Shown: one piece after another, positions 52,370-60,950 of the stretch
How the letters are laid out: each line of letters opens with the position of its first letter
Position numbering within the stretch: the stretch's first letter is position 1
Assembly (NCBI GenBank): GCA_037308085.1
Contig: CP147779.1
Coordinates: forward strand, 2,656,001-2,720,000
DNA from: Promethearchaeati archaeon SRVP18_Atabeyarchaeia-1
GTDB taxonomy: Archaea > Asgardarchaeota > Atabeyarchaeia > Atabeyarchaeales > Atabeyarchaeaceae
Direction: 5' to 3'
Length of the DNA stretch: 64,000 nucleotides
Notes under the pieces: model-generated
What the model was told of the DNA's origin: nothing
What the model saw: the letters and a program-made list of their open reading frames with translations, nothing else
Database searches by the model: none
Position numbers and translations under genes: made by a program

Positions 52370-52816
52370 CTATTCATCCTCGTACTCCTCTTCTTCAACC
52401 TCCAAGTCAAGACCAAGCGTCCCAAGCTCCTCTATAGCCTCCCTTTTCGGCACATCCTTCGTGAAGTCTATATCATAGAGACCTCCATAAGCACTCCAAC
52501 CCCTCCCGATAAGGATCCTCAAGGTCTTAGCACAATCCTTGAGCCTGGAATGCAGTTCCTCTCCAAGCTTCTCCAACTCAACGGCGAAATCCTCGCCAAG
52601 CTCCTCACCCTCCAAACCGTCAAGCTCCCAAGCAGGCTTGCCAAACAAGGAAAGCATAACCCTACTAAACTTCCCAGCACCATCGCTATTGCCCACACAG
52701 ATCACCATCCAACTAGTGCTCCCAGCCTCGGCTTTAAAGACCACACCAGAAGGAAGAACCACTGTCGCCTCCCCACAAGGAGAGACAAATACAGATCTTT
52801 CTGGATGATGGATCAC
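52370..52816 (-). CDS. hypothetical acidic protein (cassette cargo)
   Basis: 148-aa ORF filling the space between repeat copies 7 and 8. Confidence 0.55.
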   Translation of the reverse strand: MIHHPERSVFVSPCGEATVVLPSGVVFKAEAGSTSWMVICVGNSDGAGKFSRVMLSLFGKPAWELDGLEGEELGEDFAVELEKLGEELHSRLKDCAKTLRILIGRGWSAYGGLYDIDFTKDVPKREAIEELGTLGLDLEVEEEEYEDE

Positions 52817-52873
52817 CGCACCAATGACGCAAAAAAAAGTGGAGTGGAGAACTCATGATTCTCCCCCAATTCT

Positions 52874-52936
52874 CTACATCTGAAAGCCTGCCCTGCCCGT
52901 ACCCCATTTCGTCAAAGCAGTCTTAAGCTGCTCGTG
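52874..52936 (-). repeat. RLP last-exon copy 8
   Basis: HEQLKTALTKWGTGRAGFQM-TAG, followed by a hairpin and T8 tract. Confidence 0.92.
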
Positions 52937-52951
52937 ACTAGGCAGGCACTT

Positions 52952-53848
52952 TCATTTTTTTATCTGCTCGAGTGATGCTTGGCGTTTTCCGAGGAAGAAA
53001 CCTGCGGAGCAGATTAACGCAATCCCAACTACCAGAAAATAAGGGGAATATGGAGAGGGGGAGGCAAATTGATAGATTAGAAAGTAGATTATAATGGGCG
53101 CAATCTGTTGGGGGATTTGTTGCACGGGCACTACAATGCTCGCATTTCCAGCGTTAAGCGCGTATTGGTAATGGCCTAGTCCGATGACATTTGCCAAGAT
53201 CGCGATTGTCGCAGAAATCAAGAAGATTATCCATTCGAAAATGCCCGCGCTCCCCCCGAGAACAATGGTCAGGGAAACTATCATTGGCTGCAACCAAATG
53301 TTTCCCACTACGAATGGAAAACCTGTTCCCAGCGCAAGCAAGATAGCCCTGTGTTTTTCTGCTTTCCTACCGGAATAAAATAGTCCTAGCCACAGGGCGA
53401 TGAACAAAATAGAGAACAATGCAAGCCTTACATTAAAAGCAGCATCAAAGAAGTAGGTCAGGCTGCCAGCTATTGCGAGTTGGCTAAACCCAATTAGCGT
53501 AATCGCTACCGCCAAGAGAATAATGGCAAGAATCTCGAAGATTCTCAGGGACTCCTTCAAAATGAACACAGAACCAATTGCGAGAATAATGAAACCGGAC
53601 GCCCCTAACCCGGGCATAAGTGCCGCCCCGACAATGGCCTGGGCTACAAAGAGAAAAACAGAACTAAAGGCGACCATACAAATAATTCCTAACAGCCAAG
53701 TTTTATTTCGCACTAAGGATTTAACGAGACCCTTGTCCCGTCTCTCCGGCGCAGTATCATTAATCGCCTTTTTCTGAAGCACCTGTCCGAGGAAGTTCAA
53801 TAAGCCCGCCAAAATACCAAAAAGAACGCCAAGGACATAATCCGCCAT
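52952..53848 (-). CDS. DMT/NIPA-like membrane transporter (cassette cargo)
   Basis: GQVLQKKA, LVRNKTWLLG and ILKESL; 9-10 TM segments; AT-rich. Confidence 0.75.
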   Translation of the reverse strand: MADYVLGVLFGILAGLLNFLGQVLQKKAINDTAPERRDKGLVKSLVRNKTWLLGIICMVAFSSVFLFVAQAIVGAALMPGLGASGFIILAIGSVFILKESLRIFEILAIILLAVAITLIGFSQLAIAGSLTYFFDAAFNVRLALFSILFIALWLGLFYSGRKAEKHRAILLALGTGFPFVVGNIWLQPMIVSLTIVLGGSAGIFEWIIFLISATIAILANVIGLGHYQYALNAGNASIVVPVQQIPQQIAPIIIYFLIYQFASPSPYSPYFLVVGIALICSAGFFLGKRQASLEQIKK

Positions 53849-54010
53849 AAGTTCTTCACATTTCTTGATTTTTGGAGTTATGAGCATAAAGGAGTTGGAA
53901 GCACGATATTAGATTTGCTAATGACACAACCGAGGAAATCTTGGGGTTCCTATATGTATTAGGCTCACCTCAAACTGCAGAATTTTCACCGGTCAAAAGT
54001 CAACTGTGAT

Positions 54011-55324
54011 TCAGGTTTCGCCAAATTGATTTTCTAGTAGTAAATCTGCGATAAGGGTGGACCACCCAAAGTTTTTCGCCCCATATCCCTGTCCCGTAAG
54101 GGGGTTGTATTGTTCCCGGAATCCTGATCTGAGAACCATCTCCGCCAACCTTGCAGTAATTTTCGCAGCGATGTCCTCAAACCCGAGATGCTGGAGGCCT
54201 TTTACCACGTACCACGACATGCAAATCCAATTAGGTCCGCGCCAAAGAGTCATTAGGGACCCCCTTGGGTTAAATTTCGGGGAGGATTTGGCTACGCACG
54301 GCAGAGGGTAAGGCAACCAAAACTCCCCTTCGTTGAGTACGTGATCTCGGACGAGTCGTTCTGCTTTCTTCCCGTCTATGTCTAATATAAGTGGGAAGAG
54401 CCCTGAGATTGTTATTTCGGGGTATGCTTCACCCGTAACTGCGTCAATGGAATAAAAGAAGCCGGCATTTTCGTCCCAGCATCTTTGTTCCAGCGATTTT
54501 TGGGCGGTTGCAGCGCGCGTGCGGTAAATTGCGGCGTGATTTTCGTCCCCTGCAAAATCGCAGAGTTCTGCAAGCACCTGCAGGTTCCGGATGTAAATGC
54601 AATTAAATGACACGTCGTTCACGCAAAAATGGTTTGGGCCCTGGAGATTTTTAATGCGTTTGATGTCCCAACCCACTCCATTGTATTCGCGAATAATCGC
54701 ACCTAACCACCTCCCCGTGCGTATTCCAAGCAAGTGCTGAATGTGGTGGATATGGTCCCAGATAGGCAACAAATCCATGCCAGACTCCCACGGGTGGATG
54801 ATGGCGACTAGGCCATCCCCAGACACTTGTTCGCTCCGTTCCGCGTTTAACCAATCATAATACCGCTGCATTGGAGCGAGGATCTGGGACAAAAACTCCA
54901 GATCTCTTGTTTTTTCAAATACAGCTGTCACTGCCTGCGCGAGGAGTGGGGGTTGAGTGATATGGCTCCGGTCCTTTTCGGGCCATTTACCCCTGAACAA
55001 GAAGTCCCCCATACGAGGCTTAAACCCGGTCGCCGGTCGCCAATAAAGCATGTGGGGTATCATACCACTTTCGAATTGTTTGCGCGTGAGGGTGAGCAAT
55101 TCCTGCATCGCAATGACCGGGTCAAAATGCGCCCACATGATAGCATGAAAGCAACTATCCCAGAGCCACTGATGCTGGTACGTATCTTGGCTTGGACAAG
55201 TATAAGTGAAATCTACTCCCTTTACCAAGTTTCCCTCCAAGACCGCCCGCGCTCTCTTCACCAATGTATACGCATCGATGTTGGTCTTTTCGTTAGGGCT
55301 GTTCACAAGTGCATCATCTCCCAA
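54011..55324 (-). CDS. GH63-like (alpha/alpha)6 glycoside hydrolase
   Basis: QWLWDSCF, TQPP, HPWESGMD, WRGPNW, FREQYNP and FGWS motifs. Confidence 0.88.
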   Translation of the reverse strand: MGDDALVNSPNEKTNIDAYTLVKRARAVLEGNLVKGVDFTYTCPSQDTYQHQWLWDSCFHAIMWAHFDPVIAMQELLTLTRKQFESGMIPHMLYWRPATGFKPRMGDFLFRGKWPEKDRSHITQPPLLAQAVTAVFEKTRDLEFLSQILAPMQRYYDWLNAERSEQVSGDGLVAIIHPWESGMDLLPIWDHIHHIQHLLGIRTGRWLGAIIREYNGVGWDIKRIKNLQGPNHFCVNDVSFNCIYIRNLQVLAELCDFAGDENHAAIYRTRAATAQKSLEQRCWDENAGFFYSIDAVTGEAYPEITISGLFPLILDIDGKKAERLVRDHVLNEGEFWLPYPLPCVAKSSPKFNPRGSLMTLWRGPNWICMSWYVVKGLQHLGFEDIAAKITARLAEMVLRSGFREQYNPLTGQGYGAKNFGWSTLIADLLLENQFGET

Positions 55325-56060
55325 TGAAGTCTAGAAGTATCTTATTGAACTTGTCTGGCTGCTCGATCATAGGCATGTGCCCTGCTTCAAAAATCATCTC
55401 TAGTGTCGATCCCTCTATACTCTCATGGAGAATCGCCGAAGAAGAAGCGAGCATATCATCAGCACCACACACGATCAATGTCGGGACCTTGATCTCCTTG
55501 ACCCTTCCGCTCAGGTCTATTCCGTTCAGAGCATCAAAGTCGTTAGCCAGGATGCTCGGATCGAAATCCGCCTCCACCCTAAAGTACTTCATTAACGAAG
55601 ACAGGTTCCCTTCAGTAAGCATCTTTGGAGACAAGAGCCTATTCAACAACTGGAGGCCAGCTTCCGCAGGATTATGGCGAATGCGGGCTGGGAGGTCGCC
55701 CAGGTTCTGAAACTTGGCACCGCTATCGATTATGATGAGTCTCTCAACAAGCTCTGAATGCTCCAGCGCTAGCAGTTGAACTATCACACCACCCATCGAG
55801 TGACCCGCAATGAGCCCCCTCGCTACCTTAGCCTGCTTCATGAAACCGACGACATGTCTGACGTACCCCTCTATTGTCGGCTTCTCCTTCATGCGCTCAG
55901 ACTTACCATGACCAGGAAGATCGATTGCAATAACCCTCAACCGCTTCGATAGTTCAGAAAGCTGGTTGACCCAGTAGCTGCTCATTCCACCTGCTCCATG
56001 AATTAGAATCAGTGCCCTTCCTTTTCCCCTGGATTCATAGAAAGTCCTCAGACCATCCAC
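55314..56060 (-). CDS. alpha/beta hydrolase
   Basis: IHGAGG, DLPGHG, GHSMGG and AGH motifs. Confidence 0.92.
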   Translation of the reverse strand: MDGLRTFYESRGKGRALILIHGAGGMSSYWVNQLSELSKRLRVIAIDLPGHGKSERMKEKPTIEGYVRHVVGFMKQAKVARGLIAGHSMGGVIVQLLALEHSELVERLIIIDSGAKFQNLGDLPARIRHNPAEAGLQLLNRLLSPKMLTEGNLSSLMKYFRVEADFDPSILANDFDALNGIDLSGRVKEIKVPTLIVCGADDMLASSSAILHESIEGSTLEMIFEAGHMPMIEQPDKFNKILLDFIGR

Positions 56061-56173
56061 AGTAACGAAGGGCGTATGGCATTCAACTCCATGACGTTGA
56101 GTGGCAGTACTATTTCGCCGATCTGTCTTTTATTCCCTACGCACGCGGGGAAACCAGTCCACACTTGATCTTA

Positions 56174-56215
56174 CTACATCTGAAACCCTGCCCTAGCACC
56201 GCTCCACTTGGTGAG
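56174..56215 (-). repeat. RLP last-exon copy 9
   Basis: LTKWSGARAGFQM-TAG, about 80 bp after the real gene's stop. Confidence 0.85.
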
Positions 56216-56294
56216 TCTCGGGCTTCGGGGTAACCACACCAGTCATTTTAATCCAAAAAAGAAGGAGGGATTCCGCAGATCTCCCAAATGCCCT

Positions 56295-57664
56295 TCACAT
56301 TTGGAAACCTGTTCTGCCGCCGCCCCACTTAGTGAGAGCAGTCTTCAGCTCCTCATGTTCCTCAGCGTAGTCACTGACCTTGATACCCTGCATCACCGCA
56401 TCAATCGCTTGCCTAAAGGCTCTTGCACCAGCAGCTGGACCGTCCGGGTGAGCGTGGACTACGGGTCCATCAATTAAAGATGGACTTTCCGCCTCCGGAC
56501 CCGATCATGATGTTGTTGCCGAGCATTTTCATGGTTTTCTCCACGTGGCCGGCAGTAATACCACCGCTTGGCATAGGCATCGTCGGCTTGATATGCTGCA
56601 AAGGAAACTGTAATCGCTTCGCCATCATCAAAAATTTGTCCTCAAGCAACGGAGCTTTGCCGTAGGGCGCCGGAACCAGGGCTATATCGGTCCCACATAT
56701 GCGCGGTAGCTTGGACATTATGAGAGACGGGGATACTCCCGTTATTGGACTATAGCTGATTTCGCCAGCCTCTTCAGCCGTGTGCGCCGGCTATGTCCAT
56801 ATGCCCCATTATTGGCAATGTGTTTGGTTCTTCTGCTACCATGCGTAGGGCGTCGTATCCGACTGCGAGGTAGTTGATGAGTAGGGCGTTTCCGCCTGCC
56901 TGTTTGACTTTGTCGGCGTTTTCGAGTAGTTTGTCTACTGGGCCGGTTATGTTGCAGCAGTAGAGTGTCTTTTCATCTTTTTCTTTGTTTGCTTTTTCTG
57001 CTTTTTCCATGTAGAGTGGGACGCGGTCTTCTATTTTGTTGTATGCTGGGTTGGCGATGATTTCGTCGTCTTTTATACAGTCAGTTCCGCCTACTGCGGC
57101 GCCGTAGAAGAGTTCTGCGCCTACTTCGGGCGTGTAACCCGTCTTGGGTTTTATCATATTATTCAGGAGTGGCCGTTTGGGTATGTCCATGAGGTCTCTT
57201 ATTCCTTGGAGTCCGTGTTTGGGTCCTTTGAATCCTTTGAGCCATTGTTTGGGGAACCATAGGTCCATGAGTTTGATTCTTCCGCCCATGCTGAGGTTGC
57301 CGATGACTGTGCTGAGTAGCATGGGGATTTCTGTGCCGAAGTTTTCCCATGGGAAGCCTACTGCGATGATGAAGTTGCGGTGGTCTACTTCCTTTGGGAC
57401 GGAGTAGACGTATTCGGGTGTTTCCCAGATGCCGAGTACTTTTGCTTGTCGCTTGATTTTGAGTTCTACTGTTTCGCCTGGGACTGGGGTCCAGGTGCCT
57501 GTGCTTTGTTCTAGGGCTGCCATTTCTGCTACGTCAGTTATTGGTAGTGCGGGGTTGAGTCCTGCGAAGTAGAATCCGATGACGTATTTGTCTGTGTCGA
57601 GGCCGTCGAAGAATCCTTGGGGTTGGGCTTCTATGGGTATTTCGTTTGGTTTTTCTTCAGACAA
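56295..57664 (-). CDS. RuBisCO-like protein (form IV), 439 aa after splicing; exons 57664-56782, 56759-56487, 56458-56295
   Basis: EQSTGTW, IKPKTG, IKDDE, PMPSGG. It has HMD and PAPYGK where true RuBisCO has HRA and the H327 region, indicating an RLP. 1370 nt minus 22 minus 28 = 1320 nt, an open frame. Confidence 0.88.
56459..56486 (-). other. 28-nt bulge-helix-bulge pre-mRNA intron (intron 2)
   Basis: GCGG-AA^A-GUCCAUC-UUUAAUU-GAUGGAC-CCGU-AG^U; removal gives GGA GGC GGA AUC CAC GCU CAC CCG GAC (GGGIHAHPD). Confidence 0.85.
56760..56781 (-). other. 22-nt relaxed bulge-helix-bulge pre-mRNA intron (intron 1)
   Basis: AUAGCCG-GCGC-AC^A-CGGCU-GAAGA-GGCUG-GCGA-AA^U-CAGCUAU; removal gives GCC GGC GCA CUC AGC UAU (AGALSY) in frame. 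Confidence 0.78.
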
Positions 57665-57675
57665 TTTTCGGGTTG

Positions 57676-57744
57676 ACCTCCTTTCGTTTCTTGGTTTTTG
57701 TTAGAATTGGTTGTTGGTTTTAGAGTCTTCCGCATCGATATAAA
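57676..57744 (-). promoter_or_regulatory. TATA box and RBS of the RLP gene
   Basis: Minus-strand TTTATA at 57744-57739 and GGAGGT at 57681-57676 before TTG 57664. Confidence 0.55.
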
Positions 57745-57821
57745 CGTGATGGGGAGACTTCAATGACAGTCGATTCCCTTGTTTTCCGCAGGGGCATATG
57801 CTCTTTGGGGGCGTTGCTACA

Positions 57822-58280
57822 TCAATGGATCATTTGCTCCTTGATGGTGGTTGCGAGGATGGCGTCAAGGTTGTCTGGAGTCTTGCCTGCGTAGCCGATG
57901 GATGCAATGGGCTTGATCCTTGTTAGTGCCATGAGTGCTTCTATCCTTTTGATGATAAACTTGTATTTATCTGGGTCTGCTGAGTTTGCGAATGTGATGA
58001 GCTTCTTGCCGTTCAGGTCCATTTTGAAGAGCTTCTTTGTGTTCCTTCTGAGTAGCTTGGGTGCTCGGCATTCCTCGGCGCCGTGGCACTTCGTGCATGT
58101 GAGGCATGGTGCTCCGAGGGCGATTATGCTGTAGTCGCGTATGGATTGAGATTCCTTGAACTGCTTGTCTTGGAAGAGGGAGACATTCGTTCCGAGGTCT
58201 TCTAGACGGTTCCTGATCTTTTCTGCAAGGAGCTTCGTGTCACTGTTGTCCGTGTGATAAATGACTAGTGCTCTTGGCAT
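57822..58280 (-). CDS. flavodoxin-like protein
   Basis: ALVIYHT...TKLLAEKI and IIALGAP, with an extra CxxCxxCxxxxxC insert. Confidence 0.6.
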   Translation of the reverse strand: MPRALVIYHTDNSDTKLLAEKIRNRLEDLGTNVSLFQDKQFKESQSIRDYSIIALGAPCLTCTKCHGAEECRAPKLLRRNTKKLFKMDLNGKKLITFANSADPDKYKFIIKRIEALMALTRIKPIASIGYAGKTPDNLDAILATTIKEQMIH

Positions 58281-58582
58281 TTCTTTGGGCCCCTATGAGG
58301 TAAGTCTAGGTGGGGTTGGCTGTTCAACTATGGTGGTGAGCGCTTTAACTAGGTTTGTCAGTGCACTTTGAATAGCAGAAGCTCTGGTTTGTCATATGTC
58401 TTCCGACCCTCCTCTAGGCTTTCGATCTTGCGGTAGACGCCTACGGCAGCGGGTTTTTCGGTTATGCTGCATTTGTTAGAAAACTATTTTAGATAGATAG
58501 CAGAGGTATTTTAGATAAAAAGCAGAACTGATTTAGATAAAGGCAGAAACGTTTCAATTCATCGTAGGAGGATTGAGAAGTC

Positions 58583-58930
58583 TTGGTATTTGATTGGTAT
58601 CGTCGAAGGAAGCGAGCTTTCGGTAACAAGCGAAGCTCCCACTGGGGCGACGTGAGGAAGAAGTACCTGAAGACACACGGTACGTGCGCGGTGTGTGGCA
58701 CAAAGGATCATCTTGAGGTTCACCACATAGTTCCGTTTCACGTCGACCCGAGCAAGGAGCTGCAGCCGACCAACTTTGTAACGCTGTGCCAGTCGAAGAG
58801 TCACAATGACCACCTGATTTTCGGCCATCTGCTGGATTTTCACGCGATGAATACGAAAGTGGTCACCGACGCGAACACCTACCGAGGCGAACTTGCGAAG
58901 CGCAAGATTGTGAAGGGAGATTCAGGATAG
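58583..58930 (+). CDS. small stand-alone HNH endonuclease
   Basis: CAVCG...LEVHHIVP...NFVTLC...H pattern. Confidence 0.82.
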   Translation: MVFDWYRRRKRAFGNKRSSHWGDVRKKYLKTHGTCAVCGTKDHLEVHHIVPFHVDPSKELQPTNFVTLCQSKSHNDHLIFGHLLDFHAMNTKVVTDANTYRGELAKRKIVKGDSG

Positions 58931-59170
58931 ACCCAAGAACAGGATAACGAGAAGCGACGACATGCTTGACAGGGAAAATCCGACCTCGCATTAGCGCCTG
59001 GAAGGCATGCTAGAATTTCTGAGAGAGATGGGGGATAGTCTCTCATGCTTTTTTCTTAATTCCGCTGCGAGCGTGGTAGTCATGATCACCTGCGCCAATT
59101 CATTCCGTTGAGCTTGAGACCGGCGACGGCGGTTCCTCAGAAGCATCTGGCAGAGTTACGTCTGCAGCGC

Positions 59171-59848
59171 TTACTGCACCTTGAACATCCGGAAAGAACA
59201 TTGTGGGGGGTTGAACGCCAGGAGTTCGTAGTCGTGTGTGGCACGGGTTATTACTTCGAGGATTGACGAGTCAGTTTTTCCTATGACGCATTCGATCTTT
59301 CCTGTCACGGTAAGGATGTTCTCCTGCATCATGGCTCTGCAGGCGTCGCTGAAATGGCATTCCTCGACTTTGGCTAGGGCCGAGTTCTCGTCTCCTGTGA
59401 CGGTCAGCACTTCTACTTTAGTGTGGGTCATTGCAGCGAAGTCGAGGTGCTTCTTCCATGCCTCAATCGTGCTGGTTACTTTGCCGTAGAGGCTTGCAGT
59501 GCCTATTTTCTCGGCTAGCCTTTTCATGGCATCCTTGGCCGCGTTCCTCGCTCCTGGGCCAATGCCTCCTTGCAGCATCTTCTCGGTCCTGGCTATCCCA
59601 TATGGGATTGCAGAGATGCCGTCTGCATACTTCTGGTTCTTGTCCAGAATGTAGCTTACGCATTGGTCGATGTTTTCGACTGATGGGGGGGTATTGTCGC
59701 CAACCTTCCTTGCTTCATATTCGACTGCATATTTGGCGACCATCTTGGAGAAAACTGGTCCATAGAAACTCTCCTGCTCCTTAACCGCGCTTTTCAGGAA
59801 CTGCAATATAGATTTCGAGTCAACGATGAGTTTGGTGGACATATTCAC
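59171..59848 (-). CDS. V4R-like small-ligand-binding protein, paralog A
   Basis: ECHFSDAC...EC...PPQCSF Cys pattern; similar to the neighbouring gene. Confidence 0.6.
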   Translation of the reverse strand: MNMSTKLIVDSKSILQFLKSAVKEQESFYGPVFSKMVAKYAVEYEARKVGDNTPPSVENIDQCVSYILDKNQKYADGISAIPYGIARTEKMLQGGIGPGARNAAKDAMKRLAEKIGTASLYGKVTSTIEAWKKHLDFAAMTHTKVEVLTVTGDENSALAKVEECHFSDACRAMMQENILTVTGKIECVIGKTDSSILEVITRATHDYELLAFNPPQCSFRMFKVQ

Positions 59849-60095
59849 TTCTCCTTTGCTGCTGCGAAATCGAGTCAGCGGTGGGAGTACTCACAGCGCT
59901 GAAGCTCCTATTTGATTTGTGGTCGCAGTGATCACTTAAAGGGTTGCCCTTCTGGAGAGAGGTGTGGCACTCGGATTGCGTCCTTCACAGAAAAGAGGGT
60001 GCCTCATTTCCATTTGGACAGGCACTGCCGCAGTGTGACGCTGTGCAGTACTCGATGTGCAGAAAACGAGAGGTGATCCAGCAAAGAGACGCCTT

Positions 60096-60779
60096 TCATA
60101 CCTTGAATATTCTGAAGACACAGTGAGGCGGGTCGAATGTGACAACGTCAAAGTCATGAGCAAGGCCGGTTGCCAGCTCGATTGAAGATGTCCCCGCCCG
60201 GGCGTTGGTACATTCGAGGCCTCCGCCTACTCTTCGAATACCCTCCTGCAAGATGGCTTTGCATGCGTCGGCAAAGCGACATCGTTCGTACGCGACAGTG
60301 ACGGAGTTCTCGTCACCGCTGAGTTGAGTTTCTCCGACCATGATGCCCATTTTCTTTGCGAGGTCAAGCTGCATCCGACAGACCTCTGTGGTGTTAGCCG
60401 TCTTGCTGTAGGCGGAAGCTGCGCCTGTTTGCACGTTGATCTCCTTCATGCCCTGCTTTGTTGAGGTTCTTCCGCCGGAGCCTATCCCGCCCTGAAGCGC
60501 GTTTTCAGCTTTGCATGATCCGTACACGATTGACGATATTCCATCAGGGTACTTGTCGGTGTTCTGCATGATGTACTTGGCGCAGTCCTGTAGTGTTTCG
60601 ATTGCTGGAGGTGCTTGGTCACCTATCTTCTTGGCTTCGAATTCGACCGCAAACCTCACGGTCATTTTGGAGAAGACTGGTCCGTATATCTTCTCCAGCT
60701 GCTTAACTGAGTCCAGCATCGCTGGCATCAGGATTCTCAGGTCCGGCTTGAGGGGGGCTGCCATACCTTTTTCACCCAA
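60096..60779 (-). CDS. V4R-like small-ligand-binding protein, paralog B
   Basis: RCRFADAC...EC...PPHCVF; shares YGPVFSKM, KYxDGIS and LQGGIG with paralog A. Confidence 0.6.
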   Translation of the reverse strand: MGEKGMAAPLKPDLRILMPAMLDSVKQLEKIYGPVFSKMTVRFAVEFEAKKIGDQAPPAIETLQDCAKYIMQNTDKYPDGISSIVYGSCKAENALQGGIGSGGRTSTKQGMKEINVQTGAASAYSKTANTTEVCRMQLDLAKKMGIMVGETQLSGDENSVTVAYERCRFADACKAILQEGIRRVGGGLECTNARAGTSSIELATGLAHDFDVVTFDPPHCVFRIFKV

Positions 60780-60950
60780 GTGTGACTCTCGGCGGGATCA
60801 TTCTTCTCTGTGTCCCGCTGTTGTTGACCTTTGCTGGGGTGCCTTCTGGAGTTGGACACCTCAGCGCTTCGAGCTTATGTGTTCCTTCTATAACTCGGTA
60901 ATCGAAAGCATCAATCTCCACTGAACGTACGGGGAGATCGGTGTTAAGCA

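Noticed and set aside
44514-56215. Repeats as a CRISPR array, attC sites or MITEs
   Set aside because: They are protein-coding gene ends of variable length, mostly spaced 0.5-3 kb apart, with no terminal inverted repeats and no cas or integrase gene in the window.
56295-57664. RLP as a frameshifted pseudogene, or as bona fide form III RuBisCO
   Set aside because: Both breaks are structured inserts whose BHB-rule removal restores frame and motifs. The residues at the R295 and H327 positions are not those of carboxylating RuBisCO.
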